Part shown: piece after piece, positions 1-11,288 of the stretch
Layout: each line of letters starts with the position of its first letter
How positions within the stretch are numbered: position 1 is the first letter of the stretch
Source: Nitrospira sp.
GTDB lineage: Bacteria > Nitrospirota > Nitrospiria > Nitrospirales > Nitrospiraceae
Direction: 5' to 3'
Assembly (NCBI GenBank): GCA_047150005.1
Contig: AP038806.1
Coordinates: forward strand, 3,936,001 to 4,000,000
Length of the DNA: 64,000 nt
Made by a program: the position numbers and the translations under genes
The notes under the pieces: generated by a model
Database searches by the model: none
Told to the model about the DNA's origin: nothing
What the model saw: only the letters and a program-made list of their open reading frames with translations

Positions 1-147
1 GAGCGAACTGATGCGCTTTTGCATCCCGTTCCTGAATTTCATGTACTTGCCGGCCGAGAATGGCATGCGGCCCCCGTTGGGTTTGCAAACGCCGTGCATT
101 GTAGCATAGGCGCCGCGGGCGTCAGAAGCGTGGAGATGGAGTCCCGT

Positions 148-1590
148 TCAGGTCGAAGAGAACTGATCGCTGATCCGATTGCGGCGCCGTGCTACCCCGG
201 TATCGTGCGCGGCCGCCGAGACCGCTCTGGCCACCCTCGGCACGACTTCCTTATCGAAGACGCTGGGAATGATGTAGTCTTCGCTCAACGTCGTGCGGGG
301 AATCGTCTCGGCCAGCGCCTTGGCGGCGGCAAGTTTCATCGGTTCGTTGATCCCCACCGCTTGCACGTCCAACGCGCCGCGGAAAATTCCGGGAAATGCC
401 AAGGCGTTGTTGATCTGATTGGGAAAATCCGAACGGCCCGTCGCGAAGATGCGGCAATGCGAAGCGGCCAGCTCCGGTGACACCTCCGGGTCGGGATTGG
501 CCATTGCGAACACGATCCGATCCGACGCCATCAAGTCAAGATCCTCGGCCTTCAACAGATTTCCGACCGAGAGACCGATGAAGACATCCGCTCCCTTGAG
601 GGCGTCTTGGAGAGTGCCTGCCGGCTGGAGCGGGGTCAGGCAGGACAAGAGATCCTGGCGGCAGGGGCGCAGGCGTTCACCGTCCCCTTGCAAAATGATC
701 CCCGGCTTGTCGCAGCCCACCAGATGGGATACCCCCGCCGCCAGCAACATTCGACAGCAGGCCGTGCCGGCGGCCCCGAGACCGTTGACGACGATCCGTA
801 CCTCCTCGACGGCTTTACCGACCACCGCGAGCGCATTGGTGAGAGCCGCAAGAATCACCACCGCCGTGCCGTGTTGATCGTCGTGCATCAACGGAATGGT
901 CAGCGATTCCTTCAGGCGCCGTTCAATCTCGAAACAGCGGGGCGCGCTGATGTCCTCAAGATTGATGGCGCCGAAACCCGGCGCAATCGCTTGAACCGTC
1001 CGTACGACTGCATCCACATCTTGCGTATCGAGACAAATCGGCCACGCGTCGATGCCGGCCAATTCCCTGAACAGCATGGCCTTGCCTTCCATGACCGGTA
1101 ATGCCGCCTCCGGACCCAGATTTCCGAGTCCAAGAACCGCGGACCCATCGGTCACGACGGCCACGCTGTTGCTCTTCGTGGTAAAAGCGTAGGCTTTGGA
1201 CCTGTCCTTGGCGATGGCTTGCGAGACTCGTCCGACTCCGGGAGTGTAGACCATGGACAGCACGTTGCGGGTATTGACCGGCATCTTACTCTGCACGTGG
1301 ATCTTCCCTCCCAGATGGAGCAGAAAAATCCGATCGGACGCCGACAGGACCTTGACGTCCGGAAGCGCTCCAAGACGAAGAAGCACATGCTCTCCGTGCG
1401 CCTCATCACGAACATCGAACGTCACATCCCGAACCATGTAGACTGCGGTGGCGGACACGATGTCGACCGCGCCAAGATTCGCGCCTTCCATAGCCAGAAC
1501 GGCTGCAACATTTGCGAACATGCCCGGCTTGTTGGCGAGTTCGAGGCGGACGGTCAGCCGGTAATTGGAGTAGGGACCGATATCGTTCAT
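148..1590 (-). CDS. NAD(P)-dependent malic enzyme with N-terminal ACT domain
   Basis: Motifs YTPGVGRV, VTDGSAVLGLG, PVMEGKA, INLEDI, HDDQHGTA, FAMANPDPE, NQINN; ACT-like N-terminus NKPGMFANV. Start placed at ATG 1590 (MNDIGPY), not the ORF-track 1761. Confidence 0.92.
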   Translation of the reverse strand: MNDIGPYSNYRLTVRLELANKPGMFANVAAVLAMEGANLGAVDIVSATAVYMVRDVTFDVRDEAHGEHVLLRLGALPDVKVLSASDRIFLLHLGGKIHVQSKMPVNTRNVLSMVYTPGVGRVSQAIAKDRSKAYAFTTKSNSVAVVTDGSAVLGLGNLGPEAALPVMEGKAMLFRELAGIDAWPICLDTQDVDAVVRTVQAIAPGFGAINLEDISAPRCFEIERRLKESLTIPLMHDDQHGTAVVILAALTNALAVVGKAVEEVRIVVNGLGAAGTACCRMLLAAGVSHLVGCDKPGIILQGDGERLRPCRQDLLSCLTPLQPAGTLQDALKGADVFIGLSVGNLLKAEDLDLMASDRIVFAMANPDPEVSPELAASHCRIFATGRSDFPNQINNALAFPGIFRGALDVQAVGINEPMKLAAAKALAETIPRTTLSEDYIIPSVFDKEVVPRVARAVSAAAHDTGVARRRNRISDQFSST

Positions 1591-1780
1591 GGCCACCGGT
1601 TGGTGATGATGGAGCCAATGAAGAGAATACCATAAAGATCGTATCGCGATCGTCTGCATCCGTCGGCGCGGCACCGGAGTGTGCATAGGCCCTGAGCTTC
1701 GCGTGCATTTGAATGCGGTGACGCAAAATTCCTCCTGTGTTTCATTGATCCGCTCTTCCACGGAATGCTAAGGTGACGCC

Positions 1781-4700
1781 ATGTCCTCACCATCGCGGAC
1801 TCCCAATCGGTTGATCCACGAAACCAGCCCCTATCTGCTCCAGCATGCCCACAATCCCGTGGACTGGTTCCCGTGGGGACCGGAGGCGCTTGAACTCTCG
1901 AGGAAACAGAACCGTCCGATTCTCTTGTCGATCGGCTATTCCGCCTGCCATTGGTGCCACGTCATGGAGCGGGAATCGTTCGAGAACGAATCGATCGCCG
2001 CGCTGATGAACCGGCACTTCGTGTGCGTGAAGGTGGATCGGGAGGAACGTCCCGACCTCGATGAGATCTACATGCAGGCCACCGTAGGGCTCAATCGAGG
2101 CCAGGGGGGCTGGCCGATGACGGTGTTTCTAACCCCTGAACAGGAGCCGTTTTTTGCGGGAACCTATTTCCCCCCGAATGATCGGTGGGGACGCCCAGGA
2201 TTCCCGACTCTACTGAAGAAGATCGCCGAGGCCTGGGAACAGGACCAAGGTGACCTTCGCAAACAAGCGCGGGAACTGACCGATCGCTTGAGGCAAGAAG
2301 CGCAAACCACGTTTCCCATGACCGTCAGCGATGCGGCGGTGACCGAGGCGGTGCGCGAGTTCAGCAACGAATTCGATCCCCGTTTCGGCGGATTCGGTTC
2401 AGCCCCTAAGTTCCCCCCGTCCGCCGGACTATCCTTGTTGCTCCGCTGGCACAGGCGCTCCGGCGATCCGAAAGCGCTTCAGATGGTCACGAAGACGCTG
2501 GACGCCATGGCGGCCGGCGGCATCTACGACCACATCGGAGGAGGGTTCGCGCGTTATTCCACGGACGAACGGTGGCTTGTTCCCCACTTCGAGAAGATGC
2601 TCTATGACAATGCGCTCCTCACCCGATCGTATCTGGAGGCCTTTCAGGTCACCGGACAGTCCACCTATCGTACGATTGTCGATGAGGTGCTCGATTACGT
2701 GCTGCGCGAGATGACCGACAAGGCCGGAGGCTTCTATTCGTCCACCGACGCGGATTCGGAAGGAGTCGAAGGCAAGTTTTTCGTATGGACACCGACGCAA
2801 GTTCAGGCGACCCTGCAGAACGAGGAAGACGCAAAACGATTCTGCGCGTGCTACGACATCACAGAAGACGGCAACTGGGAGCATCAGAGCATTCCAAATC
2901 GGTTGCGGCCGATCGAGGAGGTGGCACGGGATCTCCGGGTCTCCACCGGGGTTCTCCAGGACACCATCGACCGGTGTCGTCCCCTCCTGTATCGAGCCAG
3001 GGCGCAACGGCAGCCTCCCGGACTTGACGACAAGGTGATCACCGCATGGAACGGGATGATGATCGGCACCCTTGCGGAATCGGGCCGCGTGCTGGATGTT
3101 CCCCGATACATCGAAGGAGCCCGCCGGGCCGCCGATTTCTTGCTGGCCCCTCACCGGACAACGGCAGGCCGTCTCCTGCGAACGTCACGCAATGGGCACG
3201 CACATCTCGACGGCGTCCTCGAGGATTACGCCTTTCTGGCGGAGGGCCTCATCGATTTGTTCGAAGCGTGCGGTATGGACCGCTACCTATCGGCAGCGCG
3301 GTCCCTCGGCGAACAGATCCTGACGTCGTTTCAAGACGACGTACGTGGTGGATTTTTCACGAGTTCACGAGAGCACGAAGCGCTGATCATGCGGAGTCGG
3401 GAAGGGCCGGACGGCGCCACACCCAGCGGAAACGCCGTCGCGGCCTTCGCGCTCGCGAGACTCGCGCATCATTGCGACCGACAGGACTTTCGCGAGGCGG
3501 CCGTCAGCGCCATTCGCGCGTACGGAAAGCAGATCACCCGCTATCCCAGGGCCTTCGCCAAGAGTCTGGCCGTCGTCGACTTCCTGACGGAAGGTCCTCT
3601 TGAAATTGCGCTGGTGGGTCGAAAGGACGACCCAAAATTGCAGAGCTTTACGGACGCGCTGCGCTCGATCTACCTGCCCAATCGGATTCTTGCCGTGACG
3701 CAACAGGAGGACGGAAGATCGGCTCATCCGCTCTTGTCCGGTAAGACCGCGGTCAACGGAAACGCCGCGCTCTACCTGTGCCGGAATTATACCTGCCGAC
3801 GTCCTATCACGGATCCTCGCGAAGCAGCCGATGCCGTCCGAGCGGCTCAGCAAGCTTCGCCGGAAGTCACCGGAGCCCGGCTTCTCAAAGGACCGCTTCT
3901 CAGCGGCTGCGCGACGGCAGAAGGAACAGCCAGATATGCGGCGCGGCAGGTCAATCGTCCGAGTGCATCCGGTGGGCTTGAGAACGGCTATGTCCCGTTC
4001 GGCGCCACCGGTCTGACCATCTCCAAACTCGGATTCGGCACGTACCGTATCGACGCGAGCGATCCGGAATTCGGCCGCGCCCTCGAAGTGGCGCTGCAGG
4101 ACGGGGTGAACCTGATCGATACGTCGACCAACTATATGGACGGCGACAGCGAGCGCGTCATCGGTTTTGTACTGCGACGACTGAGCGCAGAACAGGCCCT
4201 GGCCCGTACCGAACTCATCGTGGTCTCAAAGATCGGATACGTCCAGGGTCAGACCTTGGCCCAGGCGACGGCCCGTGAGGGGTCCGGAACACCCTATCCG
4301 GACATGGTCAAGTACGGCGAGGGGATCTGGCACTGTATCCATCCTGAGTTTCTGGCCGACCAACTCACGGTCTCCCTCGATCGGCTGGGTTTGCAAGTCT
4401 TGGATGTCTGCCTGTTGCACAACCCTGAATACTTCCTGTCCGATGCGGCACGCCATGACGGCGCGAACCTGGAAGATATCCGCGACCGATTTTATCAGCG
4501 GGTCCAGCAGGCGTTTGCATTTTTCGAATCACAAGTGGCGATCGGTCGAATCCGTTGGTATGGCATTTCTTCCAATACCGTCGCAGCCGACGCAGGCGCC
4601 GTGGATACAACGTCGCTCTCACGCTTTCTGGCTGCGGCAGAGGCGGCGGCGGCTTCACAGGGACAATCACGGCATCACTTCGCGGTGCTGCAATGTCCCA

Positions 4701-5458
4701 TGAATCTGTTTGAACCAGGCCCGCTACGGACCAGAAACACCGGAAGAGACCAACAAGAAACGGTGCTGAGCGTGGCCCAGCAGCACCGGCTGGCGGTGTT
4801 GGCGAACCGCCCGTTGAATGCCATGACCGATCTGAAAGGCGGGATGCTGCGGCTCGCAGACCTTCCGCTTGAAGGCCACCCCGTCGATCTGGAGACCCAA
4901 GCGAACACCGTAGGCCGATTGGAGCAGGAGTACCGCGACACCCTGGCTCCCTCGATCTCTAGTCCGCAAGAGGGCATGTCGCCGGCCGACTTTTTTAATT
5001 GGGCCGCCGAGCTGAAACCTTTGGGCGCGCGCCTTCAAGGGCTCGAGCATTGGGAACAGATCGAGCACCAAGTGATCGCACCTCAGGTGAACCAGGTCAT
5101 GCAGGCGGTCCCGCGTCTGATAGCTCGAGAGGCGACCGGCCGATGGGAGGAGTGGCGGGAACGCTACGTGCCTGAACTCTTGACTCTGCTTCGTGGTCTG
5201 CGGCGTCATGCGACGGAGAAAAGCCGCCAACGAAGGCTGGCTGTCACAACCGCCCTCGATCCCCTTCTCCCGCACGACCGACGGAGCGAGTCGCTGTCCC
5301 GCAAGGCCCTCTGGGTCGTCAGCAGCACGCCCGGCGTGACATGCGTGCTGAACGGCATGCGATCGAAGGCTTATGTAGAAGACTCTCTCAAGGTACTTCG
5401 GTGGGCCAACCTGGGGCAGGTGCATCCGATCTACGACCGAGTCCAGCCGGCACGATGA
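1781..5458 (+). CDS. DUF255/YyaL thioredoxin-like and alpha/alpha-barrel protein fused to a C-terminal aldo/keto reductase-like domain
   Basis: [39 protein letters not shown]; then [34 protein letters not shown]. Confidence 0.88.
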   Translation: MSSPSRTPNRLIHETSPYLLQHAHNPVDWFPWGPEALELSRKQNRPILLSIGYSACHWCHVMERESFENESIAALMNRHFVCVKVDREERPDLDEIYMQATVGLNRGQGGWPMTVFLTPEQEPFFAGTYFPPNDRWGRPGFPTLLKKIAEAWEQDQGDLRKQARELTDRLRQEAQTTFPMTVSDAAVTEAVREFSNEFDPRFGGFGSAPKFPPSAGLSLLLRWHRRSGDPKALQMVTKTLDAMAAGGIYDHIGGGFARYSTDERWLVPHFEKMLYDNALLTRSYLEAFQVTGQSTYRTIVDEVLDYVLREMTDKAGGFYSSTDADSEGVEGKFFVWTPTQVQATLQNEEDAKRFCACYDITEDGNWEHQSIPNRLRPIEEVARDLRVSTGVLQDTIDRCRPLLYRARAQRQPPGLDDKVITAWNGMMIGTLAESGRVLDVPRYIEGARRAADFLLAPHRTTAGRLLRTSRNGHAHLDGVLEDYAFLAEGLIDLFEACGMDRYLSAARSLGEQILTSFQDDVRGGFFTSSREHEALIMRSREGPDGATPSGNAVAAFALARLAHHCDRQDFREAAVSAIRAYGKQITRYPRAFAKSLAVVDFLTEGPLEIALVGRKDDPKLQSFTDALRSIYLPNRILAVTQQEDGRSAHPLLSGKTAVNGNAALYLCRNYTCRRPITDPREAADAVRAAQQASPEVTGARLLKGPLLSGCATAEGTARYAARQVNRPSASGGLENGYVPFGATGLTISKLGFGTYRIDASDPEFGRALEVALQDGVNLIDTSTNYMDGDSERVIGFVLRRLSAEQALARTELIVVSKIGYVQGQTLAQATAREGSGTPYPDMVKYGEGIWHCIHPEFLADQLTVSLDRLGLQVLDVCLLHNPEYFLSDAARHDGANLEDIRDRFYQRVQQAFAFFESQVAIGRIRWYGISSNTVAADAGAVDTTSLSRFLAAAEAAAASQGQSRHHFAVLQCPMNLFEPGPLRTRNTGRDQQETVLSVAQQHRLAVLANRPLNAMTDLKGGMLRLADLPLEGHPVDLETQANTVGRLEQEYRDTLAPSISSPQEGMSPADFFNWAAELKPLGARLQGLEHWEQIEHQVIAPQVNQVMQAVPRLIAREATGRWEEWRERYVPELLTLLRGLRRHATEKSRQRRLAVTTALDPLLPHDRRSESLSRKALWVVSSTPGVTCVLNGMRSKAYVEDSLKVLRWANLGQVHPIYDRVQPAR

Positions 5459-5635
5459 CAGTCTCGCTGCCTCCGTTACCTGCCGAAGAATGAGGAATTA
5501 CTCCTCACTCGCCGTCCCTCGACAGCTGTTCGATACGGCGGATTGTCTCGGGTGATGAGTCACATCGCTTGATGATTGTCTGAACCGGCGAAGGAGTTCA
5601 CGGCCGGTTCGGCGGCATATGCGAATGGAAGCAGT

Positions 5636-6121
5636 TTACCGAGTATGTCGCAGAAGACCTTCCCAAACCTGTAAAGCCTGTTTCGCCAAAGGGTTTCCGA
5701 CGCGAGTCCGATCGTTCAGGTTCACCGGTCTCCTGATACTCAACGCTTCAATCCGCTCGGCAACGTCTCTGAACCGTGGGTCTTCACGCCGAAGCCAGCG
5801 GTAGGCTTCGAGAGCCTCGTCAGTCCGACCGAGCGATTCCAATGTCCTCCCGAGGACGTACAGCAGTTGCACGGTCTCTCTGATTGAGGCAATCGGCGAC
5901 TTCAACGCGTGACGAAACGCGCCGACTGCTTGTTCGTATTGTCGGATCGACTTATGGCACAGTCCGATCTGCGCATACGCTTTCAGCGCATACCGAGAAT
6001 CGCCGGTTGCTTTTTCAAGCTGATCAATGGCTTGTTTGAAGAGACCGGCCTTTTTGAGCGCCACCCCGCGCTCATACCATTCTCCTGCTTCGACGGTCGA
6101 TTCCCCCGAGCTTCCGGCCAT
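5636..6121 (-). CDS. TPR repeat protein
   Basis: TPR patterns (WYERGVALKKAG, YVLGRTLESLGRTDEALEAY); alternative start 6151. Confidence 0.8.
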   Translation of the reverse strand: MAGSSGESTVEAGEWYERGVALKKAGLFKQAIDQLEKATGDSRYALKAYAQIGLCHKSIRQYEQAVGAFRHALKSPIASIRETVQLLYVLGRTLESLGRTDEALEAYRWLRREDPRFRDVAERIEALSIRRPVNLNDRTRVGNPLAKQALQVWEGLLRHTR

Positions 6122-6325
6122 TGTACCTTCCGGCAGTGGTGATTCAAGCATGAGACATAGACTCCGTAGCTGGGATCTGTGTTCGCACTAAGACGGATAC
6201 TGCTCAGCAAGAGTTAGACCAAGCTATGCGATGAGGAAGCCGCGGAGCGTCAAGGAGTTAGGCGATAATTCGGTCGGTGGAATCGCACGACTGAAGGGCA
6301 AATCGTACAAAATTAGCTGGAAGCG

Positions 6326-7297
6326 CTAAAACCGAACCTCTCGTAGTGCGTGACGATTGTCTAAGAACCACCTGATCGTCTTGCGGAGCCCGTCGCGAAG
6401 CTGATGTCTCGCCTGGAACCCAAAGAGCTGTTTCGCCCGATTCACATCAAGACATCGTCGCGGTTGCCCATTGGGCTTGGTCGTATCCCATTCGATGCGT
6501 CCCCTAAATCCGACCTCATCGGCAATCAACGCGGCGAGATTGCGAATCGTCACTTCTTCTCCCGTTCCCAAGTTGACCGGTAAATCTCCATCGTATAGCT
6601 CCGCAGCCGATAAGATGCCTTCCGAGGCATCTTCCACATACAAGAACTCCCTACTGGGAGAACCGTCTCCCCACAATGTAAGGGAGTGGCTCCCGGCCTC
6701 CATGGCCTGCGTACACTTGCGAATAAGAGCGGGGATGACGTGGGAGGTTTCAAGATCAAAATTGTCCCGCGGACCGTACAGATTGACAGGAAACAGTACG
6801 ATCGAATTGAACCCATACTGTTGTCGATAGGCCTGCGACTGCACAAGCATCATCTTCTTGGCCAGACCATAAGGAGCGTTCGTCTCCTCGGGATATCCGT
6901 TCCACATGTCGTCTTCCTTGAACGGAATCGGCGCAAACTTCGGGTACGCGCAAATCGTCCCAAGGGCGACGAACTTCCTGATTCCTCGTAGACGTCCGAC
7001 CTCGATGAGTTGGGTCCCCATCATCAGGTTGTCGTAGAAAAATCGCCCTGGGTTGGCTTGATTCGCACCGATGCCGCCGACCCGTGCCGCCAGATGAATC
7101 ACCACATCCGGTCTGGCATCGGCATACAGCTGCTGCACCGCCGCCATCTGAACGAGATCGTATTGTCGGCTGCGCGGGACGATCACCTGCGAGCACCCTC
7201 GCGCCTGCAGGTGGGCCACGACGAATGACCCGAGAAAACCGGCCCCTCCGGTCACGACCACACGCGTATTCTCCCAGAATGCCGATGAAGCAGTCAT
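6326..7297 (-). CDS. fcl: GDP-L-fucose synthase
   Basis: [50 protein letters not shown] overlap with the gmd stop. Confidence 0.95.
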   Translation of the reverse strand: MTASSAFWENTRVVVTGGAGFLGSFVVAHLQARGCSQVIVPRSRQYDLVQMAAVQQLYADARPDVVIHLAARVGGIGANQANPGRFFYDNLMMGTQLIEVGRLRGIRKFVALGTICAYPKFAPIPFKEDDMWNGYPEETNAPYGLAKKMMLVQSQAYRQQYGFNSIVLFPVNLYGPRDNFDLETSHVIPALIRKCTQAMEAGSHSLTLWGDGSPSREFLYVEDASEGILSAAELYDGDLPVNLGTGEEVTIRNLAALIADEVGFRGRIEWDTTKPNGQPRRCLDVNRAKQLFGFQARHQLRDGLRKTIRWFLDNRHALREVRF

Positions 7298-8304
7298 ATG
7301 TTCTTCGGCCTGACGCCCTCCAACCGTTCTTTTTCCGCTGCGAGATCGGCATCGACCATCATTGCCACAAGCTCCTCGAATCGGACCTTTGGCTCCCAAC
7401 CCAATTCCCGCTTCGCCTTACCGGCATCGCCGATGAGCAAATCCACTTCAGTGGGACGGTAGTACTTCTCGTCGATCTTCACGTGCTTCTTCCAATCCAC
7501 GCCAACCCTGTCAAACGCCAGCTCCAGCATTTCCCGCACAGTATGGGTTTCTCCCGTGGCGATCACATAGTCATCAGGGGTCTTGGCCTGCAGCATCATC
7601 CACATGGCCTGGATGTAATCGCCTGCAAAACCCCAATCGCGTTTGGCCTCGAGATTCCCGAGAAACAGGTCCCGTTGAACACCCAGCTTAATGCGCGCAG
7701 CCGCCTTGGTGATCTTCCTGGTCACGAAGGTCTCCCCTCGTCTCGGCGATTCGTGATTGAATAGAATCCCGTTGCAGGCAAACAGGTTATACGCCTCACG
7801 GTAATTGACGGTGATCCAATACGAATAGACTTTGGCCGCTCCGTAGGGACTACGAGGGTAGAAGGGGGTGGTCTCTCGCTGCGGAACTTCCAGAACCTTT
7901 CCAAACATTTCACTCGAGGAGGCCTGGTAGAACTTCGGTCTGAGGCCGGACTCACGGATGGCTTCAAGAAGTCGAATCGTCCCCAATCCCGTGATCTCTC
8001 CCGTATATTCCGGGATGTCGAAACTGACCCGCACGTGACTCTGCGCTCCCAGGTTGTAGATCTCGTCCGGTTGCACCGTCCTCAATATGTGATTCAACGA
8101 GCTGGCGTCGTTCAGGTCACCGTACACAAGATGGAGCCGTCGGTGCGGGACATGAGGATCCTCATAAATCGCCTCGATGCGGCCCGTGTTGAAGGAGCTG
8201 GAGCGGCGGATGATGCCGTAGACTTCGTATCCTTTCGCGAGCAAGAACTCCGAGAGATACGATCCGTCCTGGCCGGTGATACCGGTAATGAGCGCTTTTT
8301 TCAC
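7294..8304 (-). CDS. gmd: GDP-mannose 4,6-dehydratase
   Basis: [46 protein letters not shown]. Confidence 0.97.
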   Translation of the reverse strand: MKKALITGITGQDGSYLSEFLLAKGYEVYGIIRRSSSFNTGRIEAIYEDPHVPHRRLHLVYGDLNDASSLNHILRTVQPDEIYNLGAQSHVRVSFDIPEYTGEITGLGTIRLLEAIRESGLRPKFYQASSSEMFGKVLEVPQRETTPFYPRSPYGAAKVYSYWITVNYREAYNLFACNGILFNHESPRRGETFVTRKITKAAARIKLGVQRDLFLGNLEAKRDWGFAGDYIQAMWMMLQAKTPDDYVIATGETHTVREMLELAFDRVGVDWKKHVKIDEKYYRPTEVDLLIGDAGKAKRELGWEPKVRFEELVAMMVDADLAAEKERLEGVRPKNI

Positions 8305-8436
8305 GAGTGGACTCCTGGGTTATGCGGAATTATTGATCGAATGACTCCCTAAGTCCACAGATAGAAAGCTTGTCACGAAGATGACGAACAGCGATTGAGC
8401 CTCTCGTTCGTCCTGATGGCGGCCACGCGCCGGACG

Positions 8437-9213
8437 TCAGACAGACTCGCCGACTTCCAGGGAACTATCTTTCGCGGTTTCAGTCGCGGGCTTGCTGTCC
8501 GTCGTCGGCTCTACCTCCCAATAGAGCATCCGATGACAGTAGGGGCAGGTATGGAGGTCTTGCGAACGTTTGACTTCCGCCACCAACTGGGGAGGAATTT
8601 GGAGGCGACATCCCGTACACATGCCGCCCTTGATGGCGGCGAGAGCCTGATCCTTTCTGGCAGATTTCAGCTTGGTATAACGATCGAGAAGCCCGCGTTC
8701 GACATGGGTCGCCCGTTCACGTTGCTGAGCTTCGAGTTCGGCAAGCTCACCTGAAAGCCGTCCCTCGAGTTCATCAAGCACGCGCTTTTCCTCCGCGAAT
8801 GTACGTTCCACCGCCTGAACCCGTTCCTGCGCCTCCTTCATCGTCCGTTGCAGTTGCTCGACCTTTTCCATGCACGCCAGCACCTTGTCCTCGATCTCGG
8901 ACTTCTTCTTGTTGGCCATTTGAAGCTCGAATAGGTGCGCCTGGTACTCCTTATTGGTCTTGATCTCCGAGAGCCGTGCACGCATCTTGTCATTGTGCGC
9001 GTCCTGAGCTTCCACATCCTGTTCGTATCCTCGACGCTCCTTGACCGCGGACTCCATCGAGACCGTTGTCTCTTGGAGCACCTGACGAGCGTCGCGCAAC
9101 GGTGTTTCGAGCTGATGCAATCGATCGGGGATTTTTCGGCGTTGTTCGCTGATCTCCATAATACGGAGATCCAGCTTCTGCAATTCGATCAGGGGGGAAA
9201 GACGCTGGTTCAA
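8437..9213 (-). CDS. Coiled-coil protein with C4 zinc ribbon (DUF164/COG1579 type)
   Basis: Long coiled coil followed by CTGC...CPYC; TTG start at 9213 preceded by AGGAGA. Confidence 0.88.
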   Translation of the reverse strand: MNQRLSPLIELQKLDLRIMEISEQRRKIPDRLHQLETPLRDARQVLQETTVSMESAVKERRGYEQDVEAQDAHNDKMRARLSEIKTNKEYQAHLFELQMANKKKSEIEDKVLACMEKVEQLQRTMKEAQERVQAVERTFAEEKRVLDELEGRLSGELAELEAQQRERATHVERGLLDRYTKLKSARKDQALAAIKGGMCTGCRLQIPPQLVAEVKRSQDLHTCPYCHRMLYWEVEPTTDSKPATETAKDSSLEVGESV

Positions 9214-9274
9214 TGCTCTCCTATTTCTATGCCTGTCACCGGAATGGAGCCCCTCCACCGGCCGGTAGTCCTCT

Positions 9275-9351
9275 TGGTGGGCCCACTAGGACTTGAACCT
9301 AGGACCAGCTGATTATGAGTCAGCCGCTCTAACCACCTGAGCTATGGGCCC
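9275..9351 (-). tRNA. tRNA with CAT anticodon, probably tRNA-Ile2 (lysidine-modified); elongator Met not excluded
   Basis: Reverse complement GGGCCCATAGCTCAGGTGGTTAGAGCGGCTGACTCATAATCAGCTGGTCCTAGGTTCAAGTCCTAGTGGGCCCACCA: paired acceptor stem, TTCAA T-loop, encoded CCA; resembles ileX-type tRNAs. Confidence 0.93.
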
Positions 9352-9428
9352 ATCAGGACAGTTTGGCTCAGGTTAAGGTCGAAATGTTAGCCAGCTCAGC
9401 CTTGACCTTAACCTCGACCTTCTGAACG

Positions 9429-9457
9429 ATTCTAGGCCGCAGCCGAGACGGAGTCAA
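9429..9457 (-). promoter_or_regulatory. sigma-70 promoter for the tRNA and zinc-ribbon gene
   Basis: TTGACT-17 nt-TAGAAT on the minus strand. Confidence 0.7.
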
Positions 9458-9477
9458 ATAATGCCGACGCTCCGTCC

Positions 9478-11286
9478 TTACAGGCTTTCGACAAAGCTCC
9501 GCAACTTCTTGCTCCGGCTCGGATGGCGTAATTTGCGTAAGGCCTTGGCCTCGATCTGGCGAATGCGCTCCCTCGTCACTTCAAAATCCTGACCGACTTC
9601 CTCGAGGGTATGGTCCGTCGCCTCGCCGATTCCGAATCGTTTTCGGAGCACCTTCTCCTCGCGCGGCGTCAACGTTTCCAACGCGCTGTTGATCTGACGC
9701 TGAAGATCGTAGCGGATGGCCGCCTCTAACGGGGAGATCGCTTTCTTGTCCTCGATGAAATCGCCCAGATGACTGTCCTCTTCCTCTCCAATCGGGGTCT
9801 CGAGTGAAATCGGCTCTCGAGCGATCTTCAGGATCTTGCGGACCTTGTCCAACGGCAGATCCATTCGTTCGGCGATTTCTTCCGGCGTCGGTTCTCGCCC
9901 GAGTTTCTGCACCAAGTGACGCGACGTGCGGATCAGTTTATTGATGGTCTCGATCATGTGCACCGGGATCCGGATCGTCCGTGCCTGATCCGCGATCGCC
10001 CGCGTGATGGCCTGCCGGATCCACCATGTGGCGTACGTACTGAACTTATACCCGCGCTTGTACTCAAACTTGTCCACCGCCTTCATCAGACCGATATTGC
10101 CTTCCTGGATCAGATCCAGAAATTGGAGGCCGCGGTTCGTATACTTTTTCGCGATGCTGACGACCAGCCGAAGATTGGCTTCGACCAACTCCGCCTTCCC
10201 GCGTTTGACCTTCTCTTCGGCAACGTCCAGGTGTTTGACGGCGTCCTTGATTTCTTCGCCGGATACGAGCGCCTCCTCGGTTTCGAGTTGGCGTACTTTC
10301 GCGCGTGCCGCCTGGTAGACTTTCTTGATGTCCTGCAGGATCTCGTCGGATACACCGGTCTTGCGTTTGACCGCCAAAAGATCCTTACGTTCCCGGCACA
10401 GCTTCCGCAGCAGTTCACCGCCCGTCTCACCGCCGACACCCAATCGCCGCTGACAGCTGACGATCTCGCGTTCGGCCGTGCGGATCTGAATCGCCATCTC
10501 GCGAACGCGCTGGACCATGCGATCCTTGAGCACGCCATGCAGATTGACGGCTTCCATCTTGTCGACGACCTGCTCACGAATGGCGTCGATCTGCTTCTTG
10601 ATTTTCTTGAGCTTGACGGGCTCCTTGGCCGCCTGCCGCGAGTCTTCATAGAGCCCCTTCAATGACGTCGACACCTTGCGAACCGCGTTCAAGCCGTCCA
10701 ACGTCTTGATCCGCAACTCCTCATAGTCCTTTTCAACTTCTTCTTCCTCAAAATCCTCTTCTGTTTCGACGATCGGCACGATTTCCCGAACATCGATCTT
10801 GCCGGTCTTCAGCTGTTCACGGAGGGAGAGGATGAATTCGATGGTCATGGGCATGCCGTAGATGACAAAGGCGATGTCCCGCTTGCCCTCTTCGATCCGT
10901 TTTGCGATTTCGATCTCCCCTTCGCGACTCAGCAGGGCGACGCTGCCCATCTCTTTTAAATACAGGCGGACCGGATCGTCCGTCCGGCTCAGGGCACCCG
11001 GCGTCAAGTCGATTTCCTTCTCGTTCTCTTCGCCTCCGTCGCTCTCCTCGGCTTCGTCGTTCCCCTCCTCTCGATCGCGGCCTTTGGCCTGGCGTTCGCT
11101 TCCTTCGGGGGCGTCGACGATTTCGATGTCCATTTCTCCAAACATCGTCATGATGCTGCCAAACTGCTCCGACGACACGACCTCAGCGGGCAACGTGCTG
11201 TTCAGCTCGTCATAGGTTAAGAACCCCTTTTCCTTTCCGATGGAAATGAGCTTCTTGACTTCCACGAGCAATTCTTGTTTCGCCAT
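9478..11286 (-). CDS. rpoD: RNA polymerase primary sigma factor
   Basis: Region 1.1, [55 protein letters not shown]. Confidence 0.98.
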   Translation of the reverse strand: MAKQELLVEVKKLISIGKEKGFLTYDELNSTLPAEVVSSEQFGSIMTMFGEMDIEIVDAPEGSERQAKGRDREEGNDEAEESDGGEENEKEIDLTPGALSRTDDPVRLYLKEMGSVALLSREGEIEIAKRIEEGKRDIAFVIYGMPMTIEFILSLREQLKTGKIDVREIVPIVETEEDFEEEEVEKDYEELRIKTLDGLNAVRKVSTSLKGLYEDSRQAAKEPVKLKKIKKQIDAIREQVVDKMEAVNLHGVLKDRMVQRVREMAIQIRTAEREIVSCQRRLGVGGETGGELLRKLCRERKDLLAVKRKTGVSDEILQDIKKVYQAARAKVRQLETEEALVSGEEIKDAVKHLDVAEEKVKRGKAELVEANLRLVVSIAKKYTNRGLQFLDLIQEGNIGLMKAVDKFEYKRGYKFSTYATWWIRQAITRAIADQARTIRIPVHMIETINKLIRTSRHLVQKLGREPTPEEIAERMDLPLDKVRKILKIAREPISLETPIGEEEDSHLGDFIEDKKAISPLEAAIRYDLQRQINSALETLTPREEKVLRKRFGIGEATDHTLEEVGQDFEVTRERIRQIEAKALRKLRHPSRSKKLRSFVESL

Positions 11287-11288
11287 GC

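Noticed and set aside
1..66. Possible start of a minus-strand gene (MPFSAGKYMKF...)
   Set aside because: Only 22 codons are visible, which is not enough to support a call
1591..1761. N-terminal extensions given by the ORF track (malic enzyme; similarly hisH, trmL, ALDH, fcl)
   Set aside because: Family homology and RBS or overlap patterns point to downstream starts
5491..5507. TGAGGA-N5-TCCTCA inverted repeat
   Set aside because: Short, lies between convergent genes and has no U-tract; may be chance
9275..9351. tRNA as an integration site for an island
   Set aside because: No integrase or duplicated tRNA 3' end seen; flanks are core genes
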